The notes under the pieces were generated by a model, which worked only from the letters and a program-made list of their open reading frames with translations, had not been told where the DNA came from and did not search any database. DNA of 29,649 nt from a virus (lineage: Duplodnaviria; Caudoviricetes), in IMG/VR virus record IMGVR_UViG_3300042446_002478, positions 1 to 29,649 of that record; one strand, written 5' to 3'. Position numbers and translations under genes: made by a program. Positions 21,101 through 29,649 of the stretch are shown here, one piece after another; the stretch's first letter is position 1, and the number at the start of each line of letters is the position of its first letter.

Positions 21101-24100
21101 GCCATACTGTTCGTGTGAACAACATGGATGTGACTGTGCCCAACGCTTGGAGTAGTTTGAGTGCCTATGCCAAGAACACAGTGGTATACAATTTGAGTGG
21201 TGGAACATATACAATCTATGTGTCCATACAGTCGGTGCCATCAAGCACAGCAATTACCAACACTTCATACTGGCAATCAGTGACCACTACCACTGTGGCA
21301 GCAAGCATCAGTGTGCGAGCGTTGGCTGCACAAATCAATGTCACAGTGCCTAATGTAAGTGCTACTGTAAGCACCACTGGATATCTAACTGTTGCAGTGA
21401 AAAACAGTGCTGCTGCTGCGGAGTTTAATAAACTGCAAGTTGCACCAGGCAGTGTTGGAACAGCATTTGCCACGCTGAATTTCAGCACCTTTGTTCATAC
21501 ACAAGTTATTGTTAGTCCGTACCCGGTAGAAATGGCTGGGTTTGGTGCAAGTATCAGCATCGATGATACTGCCACTGCCTTGGCAGTGGGAACACCAAAC
21601 GGCACATTGTATTTGATTACTATATTTGATGATGGCACAACCGACTTTGACGTTGGCAGTACCATATTCTTCAGCACTGTGGATCAAAGTGGTGCAGTGT
21701 ACACATATGATTATTTGCCTAGTGATAGCCCAAGCGTGGCCAATCCAGGAAACTTTGTGTTTGGACAACAGATTTCCAATAGTGAAGTAAAAGAATACGA
21801 CACGTTTGGTATTGCTTTAAACTACACATCAGGTGTGTTGGTGGTGGGTGCGCCATACAACGACGTGGAAGATAGTACAGCAGCATTTGGCAGAGTATTT
21901 GTATTTGAAAATGCAAACCGACAACCAGCCTGGACAACCTTGCGTGAGCAACAACCTGTGGTTGATATTCGACTGTTGAATTCAGTGTTCACATACGATA
22001 GAATTACCAGTGCAACCACTCAATTCTATGACTTCTTTGATCCGTTGCAAGGCAAGATACTTGGTGCAGCAAGACAAAACATTGATTATATTTCGGGTAT
22101 CGATCCAGCAAACTACAACATTGGACCCACTGGTATCAACGGAGCAACTTGGACAGCAGAGCATGTGGGACAAGTATGGTGGGATATCAGCAGTGTTAGA
22201 TTTATTGATCCAAACCAGGACGACATTGTTTATGCTAGCCGTCGTTGGGGGCAAGTGTTCCCTGGGTCAAGTATAGATGTATATCAATGGACACTGAGTT
22301 CAGTGCCTCCATCTGACTACACAGGTCCTGGCGTCCCGCAGAATACTCTAAGCTACAGTATTAACAGTCGTCTTGGTCGTGATGGCATTTTTGCCACAGA
22401 ATATTATTTCTGGGTACGCGGAGTCACAAGCACAGCCACTCAGCAAGGTAAAACACTCAGTGTAGAAACAGTGGCACAGTATATTGGTAATCCACGCGGA
22501 TCTGGCATCAGTTATGTTGCTCCAATCAATGCCAGCACAATTGCACTGTACAATGCCGGCGAGTATATCGAAGCGTTTGATACCGTGATCAATATTGAAT
22601 TTGACAGAGAGTTCACCAATGACAATGTTCACGTTGAGTATGAACTGATTGGTCAAGATAAACCGGATGCATTCCTAAGCGATAACCTGTATCGAAAACT
22701 GCAAGATAGTTTCTGCGGAGTTGACACGTTTGGTAATTTGGTTCCCGATCCAGGGTTAAGCATTGCAGAACGCTATGGTGTGCAGTTCCGACCAAGACAA
22801 AGCATGTTTGTTGATCGCTTCGACGCCCTTAAAAACTACTTGACTCGAGCCAACAATGTACTGGCTCTGTATCCCATCAGCGAAAGCCGTAGTTTCAACC
22901 TGCTTAATTCAGCCGAGCCAGAACCATCTGCAAACTCGGGATTGTGGAACTTGCGAGTTGCTAACTTGGAAATTCTAGGATTCCAAAATATCAACGCAGT
23001 TGCTCTGGGCTACAAATATCTAGTGGTCAGTGACAGCGACAATCGGGGACTATGGACAATCTACACTGTACAAGCAAATGATCAAGTGCCTGGCACACGC
23101 GAATTGTTGTTGACCAGAGTTCAAGGTTATAATACCACAGATTATTGGAGTTACATCAATTGGTATCGTCCTGGTTATAATTCCAGCAGCAAAATCATTG
23201 CCGAAGTGGCTAATATTGCTGCACTAGATGTATTATCTGTCACGGTCGGCAGCAGTGCAAAAGTCACAGCAAACAGTCAAGGTAAATTTGAAATTTACTT
23301 GCTCGAAGACACTGGGTGGAGTCGCGTTGGACTTGAAGACGGCACCATTGAATTCAGTGCTGAACTGTGGGACTACGCACTTGGACGATTTGGTTTTGAT
23401 ATTGAAGTGTTTGATGCTCAGTATTATGACCAAGAGCCAGTGATTGAAACACGAAAAATAATTCAAGCAATCAACGAAGAATTGTTTGTGGATGATCTAG
23501 TACTAGAACGAAATCGTGCATTGACTCTGATGTTTAACTATGTGTTGAGTGAGTTCTCTGCACCTGAATGGCTGGTCAAAACTTCCTTGATTGATGTTGA
23601 TCATAGAATCCGTGACCTTGCTCCTTATCAGAATTATCGTCAGGACAATCAAGAGTTTGTGTTGGACTACATTCAAGAAGTCAAACCTTACCATGTACAA
23701 ATTCGTGAATTTAATTTAAGATACAACGGTTTTGATGATTTTCTTGGCACGCTAACTGACTTTGATTTGCCTGCATACTATGACACTACTTTGGTAATTC
23801 CTCAGTATACTAGTCCAATCTTGTTGCCCTACGATCACGGCACGGCCGAAGTCAGCAATGTACTCAGCGATTTGCCATCAACCAGCACAGTATGGAGCAA
23901 CTTCCCGTACAATCAATGGTACAACAACTATCTGTTGACAGTTACATCTATTGAAATGATCACTGGTCGTTTTGGTACAGGCTATACTGAACCACCGCAG
24001 GTGATCATTACCGGAGATGCAGTTGAACCTGCTGAAGCAGAAGCCATCATCAACAGTCTTGGACAAGTTGTAGCAGTAACAGTTACCAATCCAGGATCAG

Positions 24101-27100
24101 GGTACAGTACTGTTCCTACTGTGACATTTGATGGCGGCAATGGATCCGGTGCTCAAGCTGTTGTGCGAGCTGAAAATGTAATGGTTCGCAGTTTCAATAC
24201 CAAGATCAAGTTTGATCGTTGCCAATATGTGACCAGCATTTATGAATGGAGCTCTACTGCTGTCTATCAAACTGGGCAAATGGTACGTTATGATGACCGA
24301 GTTTGGATGGCAGTCAGTGACGATTCTACTGAAGTTTTTGGACCAACATTTGATCTTGCCAACTGGACAGAAGTTGACCCTGCTACATTGAGTGGCGTGG
24401 ATCGTACCATGGGATTGTATGTGCCTGGCGTTAATCAGCCTGGACTTGAATTGCCACTGCTGATTGACGGAGTTGATTATCCAGGCGTACAAGTGTACGG
24501 TGATTACTTCTTGGGCAACCCAGTCAACACTGATGCTGTGTTTGAAAGCGAATTTGTTGATCCTACTCTGGGAGAAAGATTTACCAGCGTCAATATCAAC
24601 GGCGGTCAATTTGTTGGACTCTACGAAGGGCATGCACCAGAAGAACTAGTCAACGGCTCAGAATACGATACTCTGGACATGAGAGTATATACTCGTCCAG
24701 GCAGCGACTGGCAGTTTGACGGCCACGGATTTGAAATATCAACAGTTCGCTACACATATGACGCAACAATCACTGATACCTACAGCTGGGCAGATTTGTT
24801 GGAACACCCAGTACAGGTGCTGGTAAGCAATCAAACAACAGGTCGAGATCTTGCACAAAATATTGACTACACTGTTGATTGGGTTGATCAAACTATCACA
24901 GTGATTGATAATGTGAGCAATGGAGACATTATCAATATATCTGCGTATGAACTAGGCGGTGGCGCACAGTTGTTCCGTGGCAATTACATTGGCGATGAAG
25001 TAGGTGATTCAGTAATAATACCAGTGAGCACCAGTGAAATACAAACAGTGGCGGTGTTCCTTAACAGTGCAAGTATTTCAGGAATAACATGGGAACCATA
25101 CATTGATTCTGTTGCCTGGAGCTTGTTTAACAGTTACGAAAAACTTGATGTGGTAAACAACAGTGGCAGCTATTATCGAGCATTGCAAAATGTGCCAGTT
25201 GGCACCGACATCACTGCTGTTGCTTATTGGGAATTGTTTGTTCCTACCACAGAAAGTATTGTGTTTTTCAACACTACTATTGCATCTACCGACGGTATTG
25301 CGTTGGTGGCATTTGGTATTGAATACAACACTGAAATCAGTGCCGGCGCATTTGAACTAGGACAAACCTACAGAATCAACACTGTGGGAACTACAAACTT
25401 TGTAACAGTTGGTGCTGCTGCATCTGCGGTAGTTGTTGGTGTTATTTCTGGAACAACATTAACAGTGACCTCAGTTGGATCTGGTGCATTAGCAGTTGAC
25501 ACTTATGTTACCGGCACTGGTATCACTGCTGGAACCAGAATCACTGTTCTTGGTACAGGAACTGGTGGTACTGGCACTTACACTGTCAGTGCATCTCAAA
25601 CAGTTGCTTCCACTACAATAACAGGACAACCAGCCGTTGGTGCTACTTTTACTGCTACTGGTGCAGGAACAGGAACTGGCACAGCAACTATTGCTTATGA
25701 ATGGAGCACCGCTCAGGTTGATACATTTGTTGCTGATGCCACTATTGTATCTAGTCGTACACTGAATTTAAATATTGACTCAGGTGGAACCAATCCTGCC
25801 AACATGGTAGTAACCAAGAATGGTCTACGACTTCGTCCAGCTGATGGCATTGAATGGATCAGTGACGGCAGCACACTGGGATTTGATTTCCCAACACGAG
25901 GCGGATACTCTCAACAGATTATCAATGCAGCCACTGATGTCAAAGTATGGGTCAACGGGATACTACAAGTACAAAGTGTTGGCCTGATTACTGGAGCCTA
26001 CAGCGTTACTGTGTGGTCAGGTGCTGAAAATCGTCAGGTGGTATTTGTTACTGCACCTGACGCTGGTGCTGCTATTTTGATATCAGTAAGCACAGTGGCC
26101 GACTATGATGTGGCAGCTGATTCAATTGAAATCATAACACCGCCTAATCTTGGAGATGTGTTCCAGGTCATTGGGTGGAACGATACTCGCCAACAAAATG
26201 CTCTTACCTTGGTATTCCAAGGTCCAGTGACCACAGGTATTACTGTGGTTGAACCCTACGATAGCACTGACTTTGATGCTGGTACACTATCTGGCGACCC
26301 TGGTAGCTATGACTACAGTGAAGGAACTTCTATTCCTGTCAACGACTTTTGGTTGCGTAGAGCCAACGTGGATCCAAGCAGACTTTGGGTCACTTTAGAC
26401 GGCGTTAGACAATTTGAAGGTGAAGACTTTGTGGTCGAAGGTGAATACTTGATCTTGGCATCTGGCGCTATCGGATCAGCTGATATAATGGTAATCACAG
26501 AATTTACAAATTCCGTTGTGCCAGAAGCCATGGCTTTCCGTATCTATCAAGACATGCGCGGCGTGCAGGGCACTTACAGAATTACTGCTGCAACAACAAC
26601 TGCGGTATCACAAACTGTGTCTGCTACTGCTGACATAATTTATGTTGACAACGCTGCTGCATTAAGCGAGCCTGACTTACCAAACGGTATATTTGGTGTT
26701 ATCACCATTGGCGGCGAGCGCATCATGTACCGTGTGCGAGATACTGCACTAAACTTTGTAAGCAGCTTGCTTCGCGGTACTGCTGGATCAGGCGCAGCGG
26801 AACATGTGGTAGGAACACCTGTTTATGACATCAGCCGCGGTAACTTGCTGATTGCTGAATATCAGGATTACATCGAAAGCGACACTTTGATTGGTGATGG
26901 ATCCAGCACAATATTCTATGCTGATCCTCTCAAACTTCAAATTGACACTATCAACGAAGACAGTACATTTGATGTGCGTAGTCTAGAAGTGTATGTGGGC
27001 GGTACACGACAGTATGCATACTCTGATACCACAGTGGCCATTGAACCCGGACAATATCGTTGGGAAATTGCTGAGTTTACACCACTGGCTATTGAGTTTG

Positions 27101-27270
27101 TAACACAAACTACCTACCCCGAACTTACTGCACCGCCAGCAGGAGTTGAAGTTACTATGTTGGTGCGCAAAGGCGTCACATGGTATGCACCCGGAGTAGG
27201 AACTCCTAGTGACGGTAATGCACTGCAAGAAACCAATACGCCAGCCGCAAGGTTCTTGCGCGGCTTATAA
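12178..27270 (+). CDS. Giant multi-domain baseplate protein, gp7-like by position and motifs (5030 aa)
   Basis: 15.1-kb uninterrupted ORF coupled to gp6 by TAATG with a GGAG RBS. N-terminal FLPQIFQT...FL and a YIQEVKPYH motif (K at 23683) recall gp7/gpI wedge cores. It also carries FG-GAP repeats, CBM5/12-like modules and many beta-rich virion modules. Confidence 0.75.
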   Translation: MATTRSVDFLPQIFQTETNKQFLAATLDQLIQEPRFKKTQGYIGRTVGPGINPNDKYVVEPSTTRANYQLEPGVISLEPDTDKIKNAITYPGINDAVQFNGGNETRPDRLYTSEYYTWDPFVNFDTFVNFSQYFWLPDGPAAVDVAATGVPTTDNFVVNRENGVYTFSGVSGNNPVIELVRGGSYTFQVAQNAKETVNYRVSNVGISAYQIDYQSNPSLTLARGNTYVFNLNLNGDYPFWIKTAATTGVGDAYNSGVSRNGALIGLVTFVVPQDAPDTLYYASQTQANMQGVLNIVDGDPGTGPGFWIQAAPGISGKLPTTPNISSRDVLGVVNNGEDLGQITFNVPLKTAQSFYYGLTDFGTVDLICDLKFNQINNVSVEEFMSAYGGIDGITNLNGRTLVFTEPLTDAEAGGWQQTTLYDPLPENSTFNAQPGSFDTTFFDQTTDIAPADRYQLWQISYVTQGAYTYMTLVKTNTIPNLNKFRILYGSTYSSTQWYKNNTGLFEQIPLLTAIQDTLYYQDGTDPEIFGRIKLLEQASASTIDVDEILGQANYTSPNGVAFTNGLKVKFIGDVIPATYASGTFNLLCTSAEFGTNYITTASTAGLYVGEQINFSTPTIGGIAPGTYYIQSVAPNGIQFTISAQQYGPPVVLSPGAANVTAIVTSNLEYYVSNVGTAIELLPVTDYITPETYVVDSNSTTINAEPDTLDYLTIDRASKDLNPWTRSNRWFHLDVINATAEYNNTTAVFDNAYRAKRPIIEFRPGVRLWNMGTDGKQPVDIIDFEETDAFSNIQGSTGYTVDGYELIDGSRIIFAADEDVDVKNKIYVVSFINPDTVSPLISQPIINLTLASDGVVLADQSTVCVAGDTLVGLTFWFDGTDWAQAQQKTGVQQSPLFNVYDPTGVSFGDQTKYQSSTFAGSKLFSYAVGDTGILDPVLQFPLQYLNINNVGDIVFENNLYKDTFLYVLDNASVTSNISSGSVRDYTSRVLYNREIGWQTAASESQIRQQFKFSYSGATLKLDVRVDDLLNNIPPIKLYVGSVFQAPSTYSYTTTSNSTTITLSKTYVLGDIIEVAALSSQTSQVAFYQVPINLQNNPLNGNSDSFTLGTIRTHYESICENLTTVVGTINGANNTRDLGNIVPYGLTILQQSAPLTLAGYFMRSPTFNVFSSLNYNDREYNKFKYQLLDAVTKQNIEFNTTAQVLDTAIEEITLGRVETQPFYWSDMLPSGAVYTTTNYTVSLTSTNTFDTVQVYNYTSANYLGMNVYLNDVILTRGIDYTVPADGPRIVVSATLTLGDQLTIQEYTATYGSFVPNTPTKMGLYAAYVPGILTEQTSTGFTQVIQGHDGSITPIFGDLRDDVLLEFETRIYNNLKLDGNPVPMTIYDVLPGQFRDTGFTYAEISSVFNEDFLNYVGGNKLDYKSQQYSATNQFTWNYSSAQNKLNNETLLGAWRGIYRYFYDTEQPQFTPWEMLGITEQPSWWELTYGPAPYTSGNTVLWDDLEAGLVNDPVAPYIKTDFARPGLSQVIPVDNEGNLLSPFDSVVGTYNQTQFQKSWASGDGSPVEASWWNSSSYPFAVMQVLAVTRPARFFALFADRDLYRYSEEYGQYLYNERYRLDANGIEVYGDGTSKASYINWIVDYNRQTGVNSTTELTADLKSLDVRLCYRMASFSDKQYIKIYTEKSSPNSTNTALLIPDESYDLLLYKNQPFDRSTYSAVVVQKVDNGYSVFGYGTSLPYFNILESKATGLLQTITSGGVSVRVPTFYTNNVTQVPYGFIFTNETSVCDFLLSYGKLLEREGLTFTDQSNGYVLTWNQMCQEFLYWSQQGWDTNALLNLNPLALKLTVTRDQAIVDSIQVQTIDNVLLDQNRRELNTRNLNIVRIGNTFSCEPLTNQTLSFIDLKFTTYEHMIVLNNQSVFGDLIYAPITGARQSRLNLVCVNTTDWTGQVDAPGFILNQDNVEEWTGLRTYAKGEIVKYKNVYWSALTIVQPSIKFNFGDWTQSDYTQLELGLLPNLSNKANQLTNTYDINSANIERDTDLLSYGLIGFRPRQYMAALNLDDVSQVNVYRQFLGSKGTILSAELFANANLGKEAADYDIYENWAVQRAVYGANANRSFFELRLNRALLNSNPSLVQVVLPGQESEADQPILLSDVWRQSYKLTSPNILPTTTEPITDAALPTAGYVNLNDADITVFDINDLANVNANIDSIGVGTSIWVAKVNNYDWNIYRAQAVPGAIQHVCDNLDNTSRVIFSQQHGLVAGDTLIIKFFDVEVDGVYEVVSVPNLTTVNIAFQFAGDRVVANGTGLGFTLQTMRVAQASDIVNLPYANDILPGAKVWVDNNGSNNWEVLEKQEVFTDVAQISPLVLDATEHFGSSVAQATNRLAMLVGSPRYNHGSGSNTGAVYVYVKNYGDQYSPVSPLADADGILSLTITGARGFGNAVDFGNQEWAAAGASASWGPNGVGEANSGYATVIYRDPALGQPGVNPYAVWQLLTQPGTTTSTTPGAGEFGYSVVMSLDERWMYIGAPGLNQVHAYGRVDWEQQVVKALGDDSTASYDISQTIQIDNDSQLIVTIDGQVQLLGTDYTVTFAGGAYTTVVFTTAPAAGTLVNITRIYAKQLDAQTYFDVTQSATSGVGVGAEFTVVRVRNEVGQPGSVSGTVGVTTAGSGYGVGNTVTIASASFGGQANIVLTITSISGTGGITGFNIAYVPVSLTTVFSLNEVFFTVDNIYSFSITVDGIMYRPNIDYTYNVGTGDITFVTVPAAGTTIVANAQGYFEYVNTLTDAGLSAGDRFGQSVSCSTDGRQVMIGAPDKTVNGEVEAGAVYVFDRDVQRFIASGTTNVFTLLGTVTGPVSVIQNNVFLVNQDDSIVDAANTFVWNGSNTITINGTVAVGDVIEIETNQFSLIQTITQATVAEFSNFGQSVDLCAYNCSLYVGEPQSSIQIFKGGVVERAVNQSRVYGTITAGVANPSLTAGHTVRVNNMDVTVPNAWSSLSAYAKNTVVYNLSGGTYTIYVSIQSVPSSTAITNTSYWQSVTTTTVAASISVRALAAQINVTVPNVSATVSTTGYLTVAVKNSAAAAEFNKLQVAPGSVGTAFATLNFSTFVHTQVIVSPYPVEMAGFGASISIDDTATALAVGTPNGTLYLITIFDDGTTDFDVGSTIFFSTVDQSGAVYTYDYLPSDSPSVANPGNFVFGQQISNSEVKEYDTFGIALNYTSGVLVVGAPYNDVEDSTAAFGRVFVFENANRQPAWTTLREQQPVVDIRLLNSVFTYDRITSATTQFYDFFDPLQGKILGAARQNIDYISGIDPANYNIGPTGINGATWTAEHVGQVWWDISSVRFIDPNQDDIVYASRRWGQVFPGSSIDVYQWTLSSVPPSDYTGPGVPQNTLSYSINSRLGRDGIFATEYYFWVRGVTSTATQQGKTLSVETVAQYIGNPRGSGISYVAPINASTIALYNAGEYIEAFDTVINIEFDREFTNDNVHVEYELIGQDKPDAFLSDNLYRKLQDSFCGVDTFGNLVPDPGLSIAERYGVQFRPRQSMFVDRFDALKNYLTRANNVLALYPISESRSFNLLNSAEPEPSANSGLWNLRVANLEILGFQNINAVALGYKYLVVSDSDNRGLWTIYTVQANDQVPGTRELLLTRVQGYNTTDYWSYINWYRPGYNSSSKIIAEVANIAALDVLSVTVGSSAKVTANSQGKFEIYLLEDTGWSRVGLEDGTIEFSAELWDYALGRFGFDIEVFDAQYYDQEPVIETRKIIQAINEELFVDDLVLERNRALTLMFNYVLSEFSAPEWLVKTSLIDVDHRIRDLAPYQNYRQDNQEFVLDYIQEVKPYHVQIREFNLRYNGFDDFLGTLTDFDLPAYYDTTLVIPQYTSPILLPYDHGTAEVSNVLSDLPSTSTVWSNFPYNQWYNNYLLTVTSIEMITGRFGTGYTEPPQVIITGDAVEPAEAEAIINSLGQVVAVTVTNPGSGYSTVPTVTFDGGNGSGAQAVVRAENVMVRSFNTKIKFDRCQYVTSIYEWSSTAVYQTGQMVRYDDRVWMAVSDDSTEVFGPTFDLANWTEVDPATLSGVDRTMGLYVPGVNQPGLELPLLIDGVDYPGVQVYGDYFLGNPVNTDAVFESEFVDPTLGERFTSVNINGGQFVGLYEGHAPEELVNGSEYDTLDMRVYTRPGSDWQFDGHGFEISTVRYTYDATITDTYSWADLLEHPVQVLVSNQTTGRDLAQNIDYTVDWVDQTITVIDNVSNGDIINISAYELGGGAQLFRGNYIGDEVGDSVIIPVSTSEIQTVAVFLNSASISGITWEPYIDSVAWSLFNSYEKLDVVNNSGSYYRALQNVPVGTDITAVAYWELFVPTTESIVFFNTTIASTDGIALVAFGIEYNTEISAGAFELGQTYRINTVGTTNFVTVGAAASAVVVGVISGTTLTVTSVGSGALAVDTYVTGTGITAGTRITVLGTGTGGTGTYTVSASQTVASTTITGQPAVGATFTATGAGTGTGTATIAYEWSTAQVDTFVADATIVSSRTLNLNIDSGGTNPANMVVTKNGLRLRPADGIEWISDGSTLGFDFPTRGGYSQQIINAATDVKVWVNGILQVQSVGLITGAYSVTVWSGAENRQVVFVTAPDAGAAILISVSTVADYDVAADSIEIITPPNLGDVFQVIGWNDTRQQNALTLVFQGPVTTGITVVEPYDSTDFDAGTLSGDPGSYDYSEGTSIPVNDFWLRRANVDPSRLWVTLDGVRQFEGEDFVVEGEYLILASGAIGSADIMVITEFTNSVVPEAMAFRIYQDMRGVQGTYRITAATTTAVSQTVSATADIIYVDNAAALSEPDLPNGIFGVITIGGERIMYRVRDTALNFVSSLLRGTAGSGAAEHVVGTPVYDISRGNLLIAEYQDYIESDTLIGDGSSTIFYADPLKLQIDTINEDSTFDVRSLEVYVGGTRQYAYSDTTVAIEPGQYRWEIAEFTPLAIEFVTQTTYPELTAPPAGVEVTMLVRKGVTWYAPGVGTPSDGNALQETNTPAARFLRGL
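19291..21906 (+). repeat. Seven FG-GAP (integrin-alpha-type) beta-propeller blade repeats in the giant protein
   Basis: In-frame FG motifs at 19291 (FGSSVA..VGSP..GAVYVY), 19486 (FGNAVD..AGAS), 19702 (FGYSVV..IGAP), 20554 (FGQSVS..IGAP..GAVYVF), 20935 (FGQSVD..VGEP), 21541 (FGASIS..VGTP..GAVYTY), 21805 (FGIALN..VGAP..GRVFVF). Confidence 0.85.
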
Positions 27271-27275
27271 AGCAA

Positions 27276-27283
27276 GGTAAATA
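27276..27283 (+). promoter_or_regulatory. Putative late promoter (GGTAAATA)
   Basis: TAAATA in a 20-nt gap, ending 7 nt before the ATG at 27291; identical octamer to 8266-8273. Confidence 0.65.
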
Positions 27284-27290
27284 AGTGACC

Positions 27291-27443
27291 ATGGCAAATA
27301 CACAGTCAACTCAGCCAAAACAAGCAGCAACACCTGCTGCAAAGGCTCGTAAACCCAACGAACAAGGGACCGTTTCGGTACAGGCTCACATGAGAATCTA
27401 TGACCCAAAAACACAAAAAACCTATGTGGAGGGCCGAGCATGA
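27291..27443 (+). CDS. Small hypothetical virion protein (50 aa), not in the ORF track
   Basis: MANTQSTQPKQAATPAAKARKPNEQGTVSVQAHMRIYDPKTQKTYVEGRA*; fills the gap, follows a late-promoter box, has an ATGA overlap with the next gene, and resembles that gene's N-terminus. Confidence 0.8.
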   Translation: MANTQSTQPKQAATPAAKARKPNEQGTVSVQAHMRIYDPKTQKTYVEGRA

Positions 27444-28045
27444 TCACCCCCGGACTAGCTAAAATTACTGGTCACGTCAAGGTCTATGACCCCAAAAGTG
27501 GCGAAATATTCTACAATGATCACAATGCTATTCACTACGAAAATATCAGTGTTGCCATGGCGCAAACACTGAGTGATCGAAATTTAGGTTACATATATGA
27601 AATGGCGTTTGGCAACGGCGGCAGCTCAGTGGATCCCACTGGCGTGATCACTTATTTGCCTCCAAACACCACAGGACAAAACGCTGACTTGTACAACCAA
27701 ACCTATCAAAAGGTTGTCAATGACAATTCAGCAGCTGACACAGATCCTGAAAACAACAAAATGACCGTGTTGCACACGTCAGGTAACGTGTATACAGATA
27801 TTTTGGTACAGTGTTTGCTGGACTACGGCGAGCCGCCACAACAACAGGCATTTGATAACAGCACCAACTTCAACGGCGAGTTTGTGTTTGACGAACTGGG
27901 ACTCAAAACCTGGAACGGAAGTGCTGAAGATCTGCGATTGATCACACACGTTATTTTTCACCCCGTACAAAAGAGCTTGAATCGTCAAATTCAAATTGAC
28001 TACACTCTACGTATACAGACATTGAGCAACATTAATGCTGTATAA
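27440..28045 (+). CDS. Putative peripheral baseplate / tail-fibre attachment protein (201 aa)
   Basis: GGAGG RBS and ATGA overlap; MAFGNGG...FVFDELGL...LITHVIFHPVQKS...IDYTLRI resembles the beta-sandwich of fibre-anchoring domains; lies between the gp7-like gene and the fibre. Confidence 0.55.
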   Translation: MITPGLAKITGHVKVYDPKSGEIFYNDHNAIHYENISVAMAQTLSDRNLGYIYEMAFGNGGSSVDPTGVITYLPPNTTGQNADLYNQTYQKVVNDNSAADTDPENNKMTVLHTSGNVYTDILVQCLLDYGEPPQQQAFDNSTNFNGEFVFDELGLKTWNGSAEDLRLITHVIFHPVQKSLNRQIQIDYTLRIQTLSNINAV

Positions 28046-28048
28046 ATA
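28041..28048 (+). promoter_or_regulatory. T4-type late promoter, perfect TATAAATA
   Basis: Exact consensus overlapping the TAA stop (28043-28045) of the upstream gene, ending 32 nt before the tail-fibre ATG, with an AGGA element in between. Confidence 0.75.
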
Positions 28049-28080
28049 TATACAATTAATTTAGGAACAAGGCGACCAAC

Positions 28081-29649
28081 ATGGCATATACAATCAATCT
28101 TACTGACGGCACAGTATTTGCAACCATTTCTGACGGCACAGTAAACACTGCCAGCAGCATGATACTGGTAGGTAAAAACTATGCCGGTTACGGTGAATTT
28201 CTCGACGAGAACTTTATTCACCTGCTGGAAAGTGGTTCAAACACCACAGCACCCTCTGCTCCGCTGACTGGGCAACTGTGGTGGGACAAAACCAACAACT
28301 TGCTAAAAGTCTACAACGGCACCTTGTTCAAGACCATTAGCGCTGCTACTTCTAGTGCAACTGCCCCAACCAGCAACGTAACAGGCGACTTGTGGTACGA
28401 CACAGTAAACCAGCAGGTCAAAGTTTACACAGGTACAGGCTTTATTGTGGTTGGTCCTGCATTTACTTCTGCTGAAGGTACTGCTGGTGCTATTCCTGAA
28501 ACTATCAATGACAGCGGTGGCACACCACACTTTGTGACCAGTTTGTATGTGAACAATACTCGTGTTGCTATTGTCAGCAAAGATGCTAACTTTACACCAG
28601 CAGCCCCCACGGTAACCACATTCCCTGTAATTTACACTGGTATCACATTGACCAACACTGGTAGTCCAGTATTTGCAGGCAGCGCTACCAATGCTCAGCT
28701 GCTGGACAATCTAGATTCTACAGATTTCATGAGAGCAACGGCCAATACAGCTACCACAGGTACTGTACGTGTGCAGAACAATGTGGGTTTGTTTGTAGGC
28801 GCAGCCAATGTATTCAACGTAAACACCACCACAACAGATGCCAACGTCAAGAGCGACATCAGCAACGGTAATTTGGTTATTCAAGCCAACGTAGGCGGAA
28901 CCACTTTCAACGTGGCACGTGCCCTGGGCTCAAACGGCACGTTTGCTATTGCCAACGCTGCCACAGTGGGTACAACACTGGGAGTAACTGGCAACATCAC
29001 CGGCGGTAATTTGGTCACTGGTGCTCAGGTCACTGCTACTGGCAACATCACCGGCGGCAACATTACTACTGCTGCTTTGTTACAAGGTGCCACAGTCAGC
29101 GCCACAGCCAACGTGATTGCTGGCAACGTCAGCACAGCAGGACGAATCACTGCCACTGGCAACATTATCAGTGCTGCCAACGTTACTGGTTCATACTTGT
29201 TTGGTAACGGTTCGCAACTAACAGGCTTGAGTCTGGGTGTTAGCGTCACTCAATTCCAAAATGGAACCACAGCAGGCCAGGCCGGTACTTCGGGCGGCAA
29301 CATCAACTTCAACGTGGGCGGCGTAGCCAATGTGGTTGTGATTGACACCAGTACTGTGTATGCCAACGTTGTTAACGTGAACAATATAACTACTCCGGGC
29401 AACGCTGTGGGCAATATTGGCAGTGCAAGCAACCCATTTAACCGTGTGTTTGCTCAATCTACTACTGCATTATACGCTGACGTTGCAGAGCGCTTTGCGT
29501 CAGATGCTGTGTACTCAGCAGGCACTGTGGTCGAACTTGGCGGCGAAATGGAAATTACTCGTGCTAGAGATGAACTCAGTGAAAATGTGTTTGGCGTTAT
29601 CAGCACAAGAGCTGCTTACTTGATGAATGGCATGGCCGGAGATGACAAC
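28081..29649 (+). CDS. Tail fibre protein with C-terminal intramolecular chaperone / autocleavage domain (Peptidase G2-like); 3'-truncated, at least 523 aa; not in the ORF track
   Basis: Open from ATG 28081 to the window end: MAYTINLTDG...LVGKNYAGYGEFLDENFIHLLE...GQLWWD..LKVYNG..GDLWYD..VKVYTG (fibre N-terminus), TGNITGGN repeats, FGNGSQLTG, then YADVAERFASDAVYSAGTVVELGG...VFGVIST.AAYLMN from ~29473. Confidence 0.88.
   Translation, partial: MAYTINLTDGTVFATISDGTVNTASSMILVGKNYAGYGEFLDENFIHLLESGSNTTAPSAPLTGQLWWDKTNNLLKVYNGTLFKTISAATSSATAPTSNVTGDLWYDTVNQQVKVYTGTGFIVVGPAFTSAEGTAGAIPETINDSGGTPHFVTSLYVNNTRVAIVSKDANFTPAAPTVTTFPVIYTGITLTNTGSPVFAGSATNAQLLDNLDSTDFMRATANTATTGTVRVQNNVGLFVGAANVFNVNTTTTDANVKSDISNGNLVIQANVGGTTFNVARALGSNGTFAIANAATVGTTLGVTGNITGGNLVTGAQVTATGNITGGNITTAALLQGATVSATANVIAGNVSTAGRITATGNIISAANVTGSYLFGNGSQLTGLSLGVSVTQFQNGTTAGQAGTSGGNINFNVGGVANVVVIDTSTVYANVVNVNNITTPGNAVGNIGSASNPFNRVFAQSTTALYADVAERFASDAVYSAGTVVELGGEMEITRARDELSENVFGVISTRAAYLMNGMAGDDN
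28987..29190 (+). repeat. TGNITGGN-type shaft repeats of the tail fibre
   Basis: actggcaacatcaccggcgg is identical at 28987-29006 and 29038-29057 (51-nt, 17-aa period); degenerate copies TANVIAGN (~29104) and TGNIISAAN (~29155). Confidence 0.85.

Larger units (their letters stand above)
1..29649 (+). other. Baseplate/tail-fibre late gene module of a large myovirus-like (probably jumbo) phage
   Basis: Eleven contiguous + strand ORFs with overlaps or gaps of at most 60 nt; gp53-, gp5-, gp25- and gp6-like motifs in baseplate order; a tail fibre follows; intergenic TAAATA late-promoter boxes; no host housekeeping genes. Confidence 0.92.

Noticed and set aside
25769-25774. TAAATA inside the giant ORF
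   Set aside because: It is intragenic with no supported downstream gene start; hexamer matches are expected by chance.
12178-27270. Intein, intron or homing endonuclease as the cause of the giant ORF length
   Set aside because: I saw no intein splice-junction motifs with LAGLIDADG, HNH or GIY-YIG signatures; the extra length consists of structural-type modules.
1172-28086. Eight of ten visible starts read ATGGC, resembling a Kozak context
   Set aside because: Ala at position 2 is common in highly expressed phage structural genes; Shine-Dalgarno motifs and stop-start overlaps indicate bacterial-type translation.
139-29623. Numerous short minus-strand and alternative-frame ORFs in the track (for example 4499-5155, 18673-19257, 24097-24633)
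   Set aside because: They overlap long, motif-supported + strand genes, show no recognisable motifs, and are expected shadows of biased codon usage.
1-29649. Bacterial extracellular contractile injection system or T6SS locus
   Set aside because: The tube/LysM/spike/gp25/gp6 order is similar, but T4-type late boxes, the giant wedge protein, a phage-type fibre and the lack of ATPase or membrane-complex genes favour a phage. Capsid genes are outside the window, so this is not formally excluded.
1-29649. Stop-codon reassignment (all complete long genes end in TAA)
   Set aside because: ORFs up to 5030 codons are intact in the standard code and coding density is already near complete, so there is no sign of TAG or TGA read as sense.
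28081-29649. Diversity-generating retroelement target in the AAC-rich fibre
   Set aside because: No template/variable repeat pair differing at adenines and no reverse transcriptase in the window; AAC richness reflects Asn in the shaft repeats.

Overview
The whole window is one co-directional (+ strand), densely packed late structural module of a large contractile-tailed (myovirus-like, probably jumbo) bacteriophage. Gene order: a 5'-truncated putative tail-tube initiator with acidic repeats, a gp53/LysM-like wedge protein, a gp27-like hub with long disordered arms, a gp5-like spike (OB-fold plus beta-helix, no T4 lysozyme), a Gly/Ala-rich protein with an apparently degenerate lysozyme-like domain, gp25, an enlarged gp6, a 5030-aa multi-domain gp7-like protein, a 50-aa ORF missed by the ORF track, a 201-aa peripheral baseplate protein, and a 3'-truncated tail fibre with a C-terminal intramolecular-chaperone domain (also missed by the track). 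T4-late-like TAAATA boxes lie in four intergenic gaps. I saw no RNA genes, CRISPR arrays, mobile elements, introns or inteins, and I cannot support a clearly new non-structural system. The most unusual features are architectural: a seven-blade FG-GAP propeller interrupted by whole domains, nested domain insertions, the in-frame TAA|ATG junction between the spike and the pseudo-lysozyme protein, a micro-protein that copies its neighbour's N-terminus, and probable leaderless late transcripts. All family calls come from motifs recognised by eye and from gene order, not from database searches.
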